NCBI GenBank assembly: GCA_021323865.1
Contig: JAJPKF010000024.1
Location: 9,207-73,206 of the forward strand
Direction: 5' to 3'
DNA: 64,000 nucleotides
Source: Pseudomonadota bacterium
GTDB lineage: Bacteria; Chloroflexota; UBA5177; JAJPKF01
Shown here in pieces: positions 1 to 8,260 of this stretch. A program made the translations under genes and the position numbers. The notes below the pieces were generated by a model. It saw only the letters and a program-made list of their open reading frames with translations, made no database searches and was not told the DNA's origin. Position 1 is the first letter of the stretch. Every line of letters starts with the position of its first letter.

Positions 1-284
1 GCTGAAATTTTGTGTGGGAGGGAGCCTGCGGCCCCTTCCTCCCCGCCCGACTTTCTTCAAAGCCTAAAGAAAGACTGCCACAAGATAGCAGGAACAGGCG
101 GTCGACGCCAAGCCAACGCGGACGCCTATGGGGCTCGTCTTCTGGTCGACACTCCCCAACTCGGTCAGCGCCTCGAACCGGTGACGACGAGCCATGCGCC
201 GGTGCAGGGCCACGACCCGAATTGGCGACTACTCGTTCTCCCGCACCCGGGAATCCCGCGGCAGCGAATCCGGCCTCGAGGCAG

Positions 285-971
285 CTATATCCAGCGTGGA
301 AAGTGCTCCAGCTTGTATTGGATGTCCCGACTGCGGTCGCGAATCTTGCGCGCCGGCACGCCGCCAACCAGCGTATAGGGCTCGACGTCCCGGTTCACCA
401 GCGCCGCCGCGGCCACGTAGGCCCCCTCGTGGATGGTGACGCCCGGAAGAATCGTGGCCCGCATGGCCACCCACGCGTTGTCCTCGATGACGATCTTGCC
501 CACCAGCCCCTCCGCCGTGGGCGAGTCCACCAGATGATGTCCGCCGATGGTCAGCACCTCACCGGCCAGATTGACGTTGCGGCCGATGGTCAGACTGCCC
601 CTGCCGTCGAGAGTCGTGAAGGGGCCGATGATACAGTTCGGCCCAATCGTGATGCTTCTGGCCTCCAGCACGAAGGCATGCATCATGATGTTCGTCGTGG
701 GCTCGACCCGTAACCCCGCCAGGCGGTAGAGCGCCATGCGCAGCTCGGGGAAGGGGATCTTGTTGACGACGGTGTTGAGCAGATAGTCCACCACCATGGG
801 GTCCTCGATCGAGGGCAGCCGGTCGGCCAGCATCTGAACCGCGGAATCCACGTTGCCGTTGGACAGCCGGCCAAGGGCTCCCATGGCCGTGGCCGCTGCG
901 GCCATGGCTGCCGCGCCGCGCAGTCGCTTCCCCATTCCCGTCCTCCTCATCGCAGTCAATCGACTGCTCAA
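285..971 (-). CDS. hexapeptide-repeat (left-handed beta-helix) acyl/acetyltransferase, WcaF / maltose-O-acetyltransferase-like
   Basis: Track ORF translation shows repeated [LIV]-G-x-x-x-x hexapeptide pattern (IGPNCIIGPFTTLDGRGSLTIGRNVNLAGEVLTIGGHHLVD...VIEDNAWVAMRATILPGVTIHEGAYVAAAALV) and the conserved N-terminal block MLADRLPSIEDPMVVDYLLN typical of WcaF-like acetyltransferases. The true start is probably the internal Met near 833 (Ala/Met-rich N-extension upstream looks non-coding). Confidence 0.7.
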   Translation of the reverse strand: MSSRLTAMRRTGMGKRLRGAAAMAAAATAMGALGRLSNGNVDSAVQMLADRLPSIEDPMVVDYLLNTVVNKIPFPELRMALYRLAGLRVEPTTNIMMHAFVLEARSITIGPNCIIGPFTTLDGRGSLTIGRNVNLAGEVLTIGGHHLVDSPTAEGLVGKIVIEDNAWVAMRATILPGVTIHEGAYVAAAALVNRDVEPYTLVGGVPARKIRDRSRDIQYKLEHFPRWI

Positions 972-1099
972 TTGTGAGCCAGACCGCCGGAGGTCAATCT
1001 TTGCCGCCGAACCGATCCTTCACCTCAGCGAGAAGAGTGATGTGTCTCGGGCTGCCCATCAGGCTGCAGTAGAATGCCGGTGGCTTGGAGAGGGGGCTC

Positions 1100-1738
1100 A
1101 TGGGCGCGGAGCCCGTGCCGGTTCGCACGATCCAGCATCCGCTGGTCGAGGATTCGCTCACGCGCCTGCGTGACCGGGACACGGACACCGACGGCTTCCG
1201 TCGGCACGCCCGCCTGCTGAGCTTGGTGCTCGCCCTCGAGGTGCTGCGCGATCTCCCCACCAGGGCGGTTCGGGTGGAGTCGCCGCTCGAGCCCGTCCAG
1301 GGTGGCCGGATCGACCGCCCGGTGATCTTTGTGCCGGTGCTTCGTGCCGGCCTGGCCATGCTGGACGCGATGAGCGGCTTCGTCCCGGGCAGCAAGGTTG
1401 GGTTTGTGGGGCTGGAACGAGACGAGGAGACGGCCATTGCCCACAGCTACTACGAGAAGCTGCCGGCCCAGCTCGCGGGCGCCGAGACGGTGATCCTCGA
1501 TCCCATGCTGGCGACGGGCGGCTCGGCCCTGGCCGCCATCGACGCCCTGACCCGCAATCACGCTACCGCGATCCGGCTGGCCTGCATCGTGGCCGCTCCC
1601 GAAGGGATCGAGGCGGTGCAGAGCGCGTACCCAAGGACGGGCATCCTCGCATGCGCCGTCGACCGGTCACTCAACGAGCGCAAGTTCATCCTGCCCGGCC
1701 TGGGGGACTTCGGCGACCGCTATTTCGGGACGGTTTGA
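1100..1738 (+). CDS. upp: uracil phosphoribosyltransferase
   Basis: MGAEPVPVRTIQHPLVEDSLTRLRD... and the PRPP-binding motif VILDPMLATGGSA are classic UPRTase. The track ORF starts at TTG 1085. ATG 1100 is preceded by GGAGAGGGGG (SD) and gives the canonical N-terminus. Confidence 0.9.
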   Translation: MGAEPVPVRTIQHPLVEDSLTRLRDRDTDTDGFRRHARLLSLVLALEVLRDLPTRAVRVESPLEPVQGGRIDRPVIFVPVLRAGLAMLDAMSGFVPGSKVGFVGLERDEETAIAHSYYEKLPAQLAGAETVILDPMLATGGSALAAIDALTRNHATAIRLACIVAAPEGIEAVQSAYPRTGILACAVDRSLNERKFILPGLGDFGDRYFGTV

Positions 1739-1759
1739 GGTGGGTCGGGCGGATAATCG

Positions 1760-1999
1760 GTGGTGACCGCGACTTCCGACCAGGCCATCTTCAGCCAGAT
1801 CGACGAGTGGTACCAGCGCGCGCCCGCGGGTCTGTCGAAGGGGGAGACCATCGACTGGGTCCAGTACAACTCCGAGGTCGCCTGTCCTCGCTGCGGCGAG
1901 TGGCTATGGGTGATCCGTGGGGAGAATGCGGGCGGCCGGGGCATCTACCACCTGGCCCTTTGTGAGAGCCCCAGCTGCGATTTCCAGGCCGCGGACTGA
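1760..1999 (+). CDS. hypothetical small zinc-ribbon protein
   Basis: 79-aa ORF with GTG start and CPRCGEW...CESPSCDF (C-x2-C...C-x3-C) ribbon. High GC3 is consistent with coding, but no strong SD. Confidence 0.35.
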   Translation: MVTATSDQAIFSQIDEWYQRAPAGLSKGETIDWVQYNSEVACPRCGEWLWVIRGENAGGRGIYHLALCESPSCDFQAAD

Positions 2000-2108
2000 C
2001 CCGGCGGCTCGACCTCCCGCAACAACGAGTCCCGGCAACCGCGAGGAGAGGGATATACTTCGACGCCGCCAGACGCCTGTGCGGCTGCAGATATTTGGAG
2101 AGAGAGCC

Positions 2109-4058
2109 ATGATTCGTAATCTTGCCGCCGGGCTCAGCGCCCTCGGCCTCATCCTGACCGGTTTTGCCTGGCATGGTGTGGCGCCGGTGCAGGCCAAGTC
2201 CAGGCCCGTCAAGCTGGGGCTGTACCACAACGGCTGGGACACCTACTATCGCAGCCCGTTCGGGGCCGCGCCGACCGACTCCAGGGTGACCCTCCGGCTA
2301 CGCAGCGCCACGGTGGTGACGAAGGCGACGCTCTATCTCCAAACGGAGAGCGGCTCGACCACCAAGCTGCCCATGCGTGTCTTCAAGCGAGGCAAGTCGG
2401 CAATCGTCTGGACGGTGACGACCAGACTCCCGTCCAAAGCGACGCAGCTCTCCTACTTCTTCCGGGCTCAGGCAGGCAGCACCGTTCGTTGGTACGGCGA
2501 CAACAGCGGTGTCGGCGAGGGAGGGCCGGGTCAGACCTACGGCAACGCCAACGACGTGGTCACGTACAGCCTCACCGTGTATCTGAAATCCTTCCATACG
2601 CCGGCCTGGATGAGAAATGCCGTGGTCTACCAGATCTTTCCCGACCGCTTTTTCAACGGCAACACCAAGAATGACCCCAAGAACGGTACCCGCTACGGCT
2701 ACATCACGGTGCGGTTTCACAAGCACTGGTCGGACCTTCCCGACCAGCCCTCATGCGGCTGCGACTTCTTCGGCGGCGATCTTCAGGGCATCATCGACAA
2801 GCTCGGCTATCTGCACAAGCTCGGCGTCAACGTCATCTACCTGAACCCCATCTTTCTGGCGCCGTCAAATCACAAATACGACACCAGCAACTTCAAGGCG
2901 ATCGATCCGGAATTCGGGACGCTCAAGACCTTCAAAGCGCTGGTGGGCGCGGCCAAGAAGCTGGGCATTCATCTGATCCTCGACGGCGTCTTTGAGGACA
3001 CGGGCAGCGACAGCGTCTACTTCGACAAGTACAGCCGGTTTCCCCACTCCCTCGGCGCCTACGAGTCCAAGAAGTCGCCGTACTATCCCTGGTACACCTT
3101 CTATCAATGGCCGGATAACTATGCCGACTGGAGCGGCGTGGACAGCCTGCCTCTCCTCAAGGAGAGCAACGCGGTCAAGGACTTTATCTTTCGCAAGAAG
3201 AGCTCGGTGGCCCAGTACTGGCCGGCACAGGGGGCGTCGGGTTGGCGCCTCGACTCTGCCAACAGTCTGAGCAACGGCTACTGGGAGCAGTTCCGAAGCG
3301 CCGTCAAGGCGGCCTATCCGCAGTCGGTGATGATCGGAGAGTACTGGCAGGATGCGCTGCCCTGGCTCATGGGGAACATGTGGGACGGCGTGGTCAACTA
3401 TCAGTTCCGGGAGCCGGTTCTCGATTTCTTCGCCAACGGTCAGGGCGCCCAAACGCCGACGCCCTACGGCGCCACCACCTTCCTCGAGAGCGAGATGGGT
3501 CTCATTGCCGAGTATCCTCGGCCGGCTATCGTCTCCTCGATGAACATCGTCGACTCGCACGATGTGGCGCGCATCCTGACTGACTTGAACGGCAGCAAGG
3601 CGGCACTGCGTCTCGTCGCGCTGTTCCAGATGACCTGGCTGGGCGCGCCCACCGTGTACTACGGTGACGAGACGGGAGTGATGGGCGCCTCCGATCCGGA
3701 CGACCGGCGGACGTTCCCCTGGTCGCACCAGGACAAGGCCCTCGAGCGCTATTACGCCAAGATCATCCATATCCGCCTGGGCCACGGCGCCCTCACAACC
3801 GGCTCGGTCACACCGCTCCTCAGCGCGGACGGCAAGCGATCGCTGGCCTTCCTGCGGCAGTCGGGCAGCCAGCGAATCGTCGTCGCGCTGAACGATAGCC
3901 ACCGTTCTCAGACCCTCAGCATTCCCGTGAGTCAGATCAAGAACGGCACCAAGTTAACCGAGCTGCTGAACGGCGGATCGCATACCGTGAGCAAGGGCCG
4001 GCTGCAGGTCAAGCTGGGGGCGCTCAGCGGCGCGGTTCTCGAGGCGGCCGGCCGGTAG
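2109..4058 (+). CDS. secreted GH13 alpha-amylase family enzyme (neopullulanase/cyclomaltodextrinase-like) with N-terminal beta-sandwich domain
   Basis: ATG 2109 is preceded by GGAGAGAGAG. The signal peptide is MIRNLAAGLSALGLILTGFAWHGVAPVQA. GH13 hallmarks are present: VVYQIFPDRF, GVNVIYLNPIF, GIHLILDGVFEDTG, GWRLDSAN, EYW, VDSHD. The track ORF (1917..) is over-extended upstream. Confidence 0.85.
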   Translation: MIRNLAAGLSALGLILTGFAWHGVAPVQAKSRPVKLGLYHNGWDTYYRSPFGAAPTDSRVTLRLRSATVVTKATLYLQTESGSTTKLPMRVFKRGKSAIVWTVTTRLPSKATQLSYFFRAQAGSTVRWYGDNSGVGEGGPGQTYGNANDVVTYSLTVYLKSFHTPAWMRNAVVYQIFPDRFFNGNTKNDPKNGTRYGYITVRFHKHWSDLPDQPSCGCDFFGGDLQGIIDKLGYLHKLGVNVIYLNPIFLAPSNHKYDTSNFKAIDPEFGTLKTFKALVGAAKKLGIHLILDGVFEDTGSDSVYFDKYSRFPHSLGAYESKKSPYYPWYTFYQWPDNYADWSGVDSLPLLKESNAVKDFIFRKKSSVAQYWPAQGASGWRLDSANSLSNGYWEQFRSAVKAAYPQSVMIGEYWQDALPWLMGNMWDGVVNYQFREPVLDFFANGQGAQTPTPYGATTFLESEMGLIAEYPRPAIVSSMNIVDSHDVARILTDLNGSKAALRLVALFQMTWLGAPTVYYGDETGVMGASDPDDRRTFPWSHQDKALERYYAKIIHIRLGHGALTTGSVTPLLSADGKRSLAFLRQSGSQRIVVALNDSHRSQTLSIPVSQIKNGTKLTELLNGGSHTVSKGRLQVKLGALSGAVLEAAGR

Positions 4059-4124
4059 CGGCGGCGACGTCGGGTCTGGCCTGTCTTCAGACCGCGGATG
4101 GGAGTATCGTGGGGTGAGAGAACG

Positions 4125-4922
4125 ATGACGAGGGTGGATTCGATGAACCGGGTGCTGGGCAAAGTCGCGGTGGTGCCGGCAGTGCTGCTGATGATCATGT
4201 CGGCCGGTGCCGGCGGACCCGTCCAGACACGGGCGGCCACCAATCCGGCGCTGCACCTTTTGAAGCAGTCGCTGCGAGTTTCGGCAGACAAGAAGGCGGC
4301 TCACGTTGTGGGCGGTCTCGGCGCTCGGATCTCCGACCACCTGGAAGGATTCACATTTTCGGTGACGGTTCGTGCCGGTGTCCGGGGCGATGTCGTAGAT
4401 CGCAGGCAGGGCCTGAGAGCGCACCTCAAGGGCCAGGAGCGCCTTGGTGGCTCGGCTCGGTCCTACAAGCTCGTGGTGGCGAACGGCAAGATTGCAAGCA
4501 AGTACCGCAAGACGGCGTGGGCCTGCACATCGCTCACCTCAGCCGGCTCGACGTTGGGTCTGGGCATGGGAACCATCACCCAGATGGCGGGCTTCGAGCG
4601 GAAGCTCAGGCGTGTGCTGCAGGTAACGGATCTGGGATCGACGACATTTCGTGGCGTACCGGTGTGGCATCTCCGCGCTACTATCCTCACGCGAATACCC
4701 ATGCGGACCACCGGCTCCTCGGGGAAGGTCAAGGTTACGCATCCGTGGGTCCACGTTCGAGCCAACTTCTGGATCAGCCGCAGCAACCAGACGGTTCGCC
4801 GAGTGACGGCGTTTGCGAAGATTCGGGCCAAGCAGAGCGCCGCGACGCTCCATCTTTGGGCTCGCTTCTCGCGCTACGGCGAGCACGTGCCGATCCACCT
4901 GCCGCCTGCCTGTCGCAAGTAG
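4125..4922 (+). CDS. hypothetical secreted protein (signal peptide), unknown function, in starch-utilisation locus
   Basis: The SD GGGTGAGAG precedes ATG 4125. The N-terminus has a hydrophobic signal (VAVVPAVLLMIMSAGAGGPVQTRAA). No recognisable domain. It is convergent with the ABC permease genes. Confidence 0.5.
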   Translation: MTRVDSMNRVLGKVAVVPAVLLMIMSAGAGGPVQTRAATNPALHLLKQSLRVSADKKAAHVVGGLGARISDHLEGFTFSVTVRAGVRGDVVDRRQGLRAHLKGQERLGGSARSYKLVVANGKIASKYRKTAWACTSLTSAGSTLGLGMGTITQMAGFERKLRRVLQVTDLGSTTFRGVPVWHLRATILTRIPMRTTGSSGKVKVTHPWVHVRANFWISRSNQTVRRVTAFAKIRAKQSAATLHLWARFSRYGEHVPIHLPPACRK

Positions 4923-4998
4923 CGACTTCCTGCCGCCCTAAATGAGGGCGGTGACGACGGGCGTCAGGCGGACCAGCGAGGGTAAGGCCTGACGACGA

Positions 4999-5949
4999 CT
5001 ACCCCTTCACGGCTCCGCGAGACAGCCCGGCGACCAGGAATCGCTGCATGGAGAGGAAGACGATCAACAGCGGTAGCGAGCCGAGAACGGCCGCGGCCGC
5101 GAAGTCGGTCCAGTTCTGGGTGAAGGCGCTGTTGATGAAGCCGTGCAGGCCCAGCGCCATGGTGTAGTTGCTGGTGTTCTGCAGCAGGAAGCTGGCGACC
5201 AGGTATTCGCTGTACAGGCCGAACCACGTGAAGAGAAAGACCACCGCCATCATCGGCCGGGTCAGGGGCAGGATCACCCGGAGATAGGCCTGCAGCTTGG
5301 ACGCGCCGTCGACATACGCCGCCTCCTCGAGATCCCGGGGCAGCGAGTCGATGTAGCCCTTGAACAGCCAGGCCACGAAGGGCAGACCGCCGCCGATCAT
5401 GACCAGCGTGTAGCCCTGCAGCGTGTCGTATAGGCCGATCTTGTTGAGCAGGAACTGGTAGGCGATGAACGACATCTGGGCAGGGAACATCTGGATGAGC
5501 AAGAGGCCCATGAGTCCGTACTTGCGGCCCTTGAAGCGGAACCGGCTGAAGGCGTAGGCCATGGTGGCCACCAGCAGCACGGTGATGACGCCGACAGAGG
5601 TGCAGACGATCACCGAGTTTCTGATCCAGGTGACGAACCCCACGTTGAGGTTGGGGTCGAACAGCGCTCGGTAGTGGTCGAGCGTGAACCCGGTGGGAAA
5701 GATGGTGTTGGTGAAGTAGGTCCCCGGCTGGAAGGAGGTGCCCACCACCCAGACGGCCGGCACCAAGATCAGAAACATGACGATCCAGACGATGATGCGG
5801 CTGCTCCAGAGGAACACGCGCTCGCCGGTTCGCATCCGTCTCTTCGCGCGCGAGCGGCCCCTGATCCAGCCCAGACCGCGTCCGGCCTGGGGCGTGCCCA
5901 CGGCGGCCGCAGGGAGGGCTTGGGCGACGCCCTGGCTGGTGGGTTCCAT
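4999..5949 (-). CDS. carbohydrate ABC transporter permease (MalG-like, binding-protein-dependent inner membrane component)
   Basis: Six TM segments and the EAA-like loop (YIDSLPRDLEEAAYVDGASKLQAYLRVILPLTRP) of sugar ABC permeases. Its start overlaps the stop of the upstream permease (TGATG coupling). Confidence 0.85.
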   Translation of the reverse strand: MEPTSQGVAQALPAAAVGTPQAGRGLGWIRGRSRAKRRMRTGERVFLWSSRIIVWIVMFLILVPAVWVVGTSFQPGTYFTNTIFPTGFTLDHYRALFDPNLNVGFVTWIRNSVIVCTSVGVITVLLVATMAYAFSRFRFKGRKYGLMGLLLIQMFPAQMSFIAYQFLLNKIGLYDTLQGYTLVMIGGGLPFVAWLFKGYIDSLPRDLEEAAYVDGASKLQAYLRVILPLTRPMMAVVFLFTWFGLYSEYLVASFLLQNTSNYTMALGLHGFINSAFTQNWTDFAAAAVLGSLPLLIVFLSMQRFLVAGLSRGAVKG

Positions 5950-6923
5950 CAGTCAACCTCCTGAAATGCGCCGCTGAGCCGCATGTTGATGGAGCTGAGG
6001 GTTCCGATGATGAAGAAGATCAGGATCCCGTAGGCACAGGCCAGCCCCCACTCGTGCAGTGTGTAGGCGACGCTGTAGGTATAGGTTGGAAGGATATCGG
6101 TTGCGCCCGCGGTGACCGACGTCACGGGCCCGCCACCCGTCAGCAGATAGACAACGCCGAAGTTGTTGAGGTTGTAGGCGAAGGTGGCGATGACCAAGGG
6201 CAGGGAGGCGGTCCGGAGAAGCGGGAACGTCACGCGGAAGAACTTCTGGAACCCGTTGGCGCCGTCGATCTCGGCCGCCTCGTGAACGTCGGGCGGGATG
6301 CTCTGTAAGGCGCCCAAACAGGCGGTCATCATAAACGGGTAGCCCAGCCAGAAGTTGACCAGGAGCACGGAGAAACGGGCCCAGAACGGGTCGCCTAAAA
6401 AGGGGATGCTGGGCACGTGGAAGACGTTCACCAGAATGGTGTTGATCATGCCGCCACCGGTGAAGTTCTGGAGAATTCCGCCCCAGGCGAGGATGGCGAT
6501 GGTGCCCGGGAGGGCCCACGGCACGATGAGGATCGTGCGGTAGAGATTGCGCTCCCACATGTTTTCGTTGTTCAAGAGATAGGCGAGAACCAGTCCGCCG
6601 CCAAAGTTAAGTGCGGTGGTCACGGCAGCGAAGATGACGGTCCACTCGAAGACGCCCAGGAACGCCTGAGGCTGAAAGACCGTGAAGATCTTCACGAAGT
6701 TGTCGAGACCGATGAAGCTGAAGTTGAGGTCGTGGGCCTCACTGTAGTTGGTCATCGACATATAGATGGTGAAGAGGATGGGGAAGAAGCTGGCCACCAC
6801 CATGAAGGCCAGCGACGGAGCGATGTACCCGTACGGATACAGACCGTCGAGGAACCGGCGGCGGCGCCGCACGGGTTTGACCACCGGGGCGTCCGCGGGC
6901 GCGGGCGGGGATATGGCGGCCAT
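5949..6923 (-). CDS. carbohydrate ABC transporter permease (MalF-like)
   Basis: Polytopic membrane protein with the conserved permease loop (DVHEAAEIDGANGFQKFFRVTFPLL). The strong SD AAGGAGGAAG lies upstream of the ATG at 6923. Confidence 0.85.
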   Translation of the reverse strand: MAAISPPAPADAPVVKPVRRRRRFLDGLYPYGYIAPSLAFMVVASFFPILFTIYMSMTNYSEAHDLNFSFIGLDNFVKIFTVFQPQAFLGVFEWTVIFAAVTTALNFGGGLVLAYLLNNENMWERNLYRTILIVPWALPGTIAILAWGGILQNFTGGGMINTILVNVFHVPSIPFLGDPFWARFSVLLVNFWLGYPFMMTACLGALQSIPPDVHEAAEIDGANGFQKFFRVTFPLLRTASLPLVIATFAYNLNNFGVVYLLTGGGPVTSVTAGATDILPTYTYSVAYTLHEWGLACAYGILIFFIIGTLSSINMRLSGAFQEVD

Positions 6924-6958
6924 CGTCTTCCTCCTTGTCTATCCCTAAATCGGCGGTT

Positions 6959-6988
6959 CAGAGGGGTGCGGCTTGCCGCACCCCTCTG
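6959..6988 (-). other. intercistronic GC-rich stem-loop (13-bp perfect stem, 4-nt loop) between binding-protein gene and first permease gene
   Basis: The stem is cagaggggtgcgg, the loop is cttg, and the complement is ccgcacccctctg. It resembles the mRNA-stabilising / partial terminator hairpins found between malE and malF-type genes. No U-tract follows on the minus strand. Confidence 0.5.
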
Positions 6989-7003
6989 ACTGCCGGTTCG
7001 CGA

Positions 7004-8260
7004 CTACGCTCCGGCCTTGCGGGCCTGAGCGGCGGCGGCCTTGAGGTTCTTGGCAGCCGAGCCGTTGTTCTGAAGGGTCAGGGCGATTGCCTTCTGGGCA
7101 GGTGACCAGATGGGCGACATGAAGGGAACGTTCGGAAGCGGCACACTGTGCTTGAAGCCGTTGCTGTACTGCTTCAGCTCCGCATTCTTCGACACCTTCT
7201 TGAGGGCGGCCTTGGTGGCCGGGATGCGGGCGCCGGCCTTGAAGAGGGCCAGCTCACAGTGCAGGCTCAGGTACGAGGCCAGGCTCTGCGCCGCGGAAAC
7301 GTGCTTGGAGAACTTGTTCACGACCATCGTCTGGACGCCGAGGAACGGCTGGCCGAACTTGTGCTGCGCGTCGCGCGGCAGTGGGGCGAAGCCGTACTTG
7401 AGGTGCGCCGCGCGCCAGGTCGGATCCGACCAGGGGCCGTCGAGCACGATGGCGGCGTTGCCGGACGCCAGCTGGGCGCCGTAACCGCCGCTGTTGCTGT
7501 TGCTGCTCAGCCAGTCGCTGACCGGGGTCCCCGACTCGTCGATGACCTTCTTCAGGTAGTTCAGTCCTCGGATCGAGCCACGATTGTCGAGGAGGACCTT
7601 CTTGGTGTAGCCGCTGCTGCTGTGCTTCAGCGCGCCGCCGCCATAGGCGGTGAAGAAGTCGTAGTCATAGTAGAAGTTGTCCCACTGCCACACCATGCCG
7701 AGCTTGCCGGTCTTTGCGTGGAACTTGTGGGCCCACTTGGCGACCTTGTCCCAGGTGTAGGCCTTGCCCTTGAACAGGGAGGCCGGGGCCAGCTTCTTGT
7801 TGTAGTAGAGGCCCACCATCTCGAGCGCCCACGGGTAGCAGAAGGTGTGTCCCTTGATGGTGCAGCCGGAGACGGCCGAGGCGACGTACTTGCTCTTCTG
7901 GAGCTTGGACGGCGCGACGAGCTTGGCGCCATAGTCGGCGCCGGCCTGGTCGTCGGGCATCATGACGATGTCCGCGGCCTTGTGGGGGTCGGCGGTGAAG
8001 GCGTTGTTGGAGCCGTTGGCGGGCTGGGCCGGCTCGGTAACGGTGTTACCGGTCTTCTTGGCCCACTGCTGGGCGATCTTGTTCATCGCCACCCGCTCCG
8101 GGGTGTTGACGGGCGTCTGGTTGAAGAAGTCCCAGATGACGAGGTGCACACCCTTCTTGGCCGGGTGCTGGGCCGAGGCGACGCTCAGCGTGCCGAAGAC
8201 CATGGCCAAGGCCACAAGGGTCCCGACCAGGACGTTCAGCGACTTGTAGTTACGCGGCAT
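7004..8260 (-). CDS. extracellular solute-binding protein (family 1) of sugar/maltodextrin ABC transporter
   Basis: N-terminal signal MPRNYKSLNVLVGTLVALAMVFGTLSVASAQ. Size and composition are typical of MalE-like sugar-binding proteins. It sits in an operon with two sugar permeases. Confidence 0.85.
   Translation of the reverse strand: MPRNYKSLNVLVGTLVALAMVFGTLSVASAQHPAKKGVHLVIWDFFNQTPVNTPERVAMNKIAQQWAKKTGNTVTEPAQPANGSNNAFTADPHKAADIVMMPDDQAGADYGAKLVAPSKLQKSKYVASAVSGCTIKGHTFCYPWALEMVGLYYNKKLAPASLFKGKAYTWDKVAKWAHKFHAKTGKLGMVWQWDNFYYDYDFFTAYGGGALKHSSSGYTKKVLLDNRGSIRGLNYLKKVIDESGTPVSDWLSSNSNSGGYGAQLASGNAAIVLDGPWSDPTWRAAHLKYGFAPLPRDAQHKFGQPFLGVQTMVVNKFSKHVSAAQSLASYLSLHCELALFKAGARIPATKAALKKVSKNAELKQYSNGFKHSVPLPNVPFMSPIWSPAQKAIALTLQNNGSAAKNLKAAAAQARKAGA

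Noticed and set aside
2865-3902. 345-aa minus-strand ORF inside the amylase gene
   Set aside because: The opposite strand encodes conserved GH13 motifs. This is a shadow ORF typical of high GC3 coding regions.
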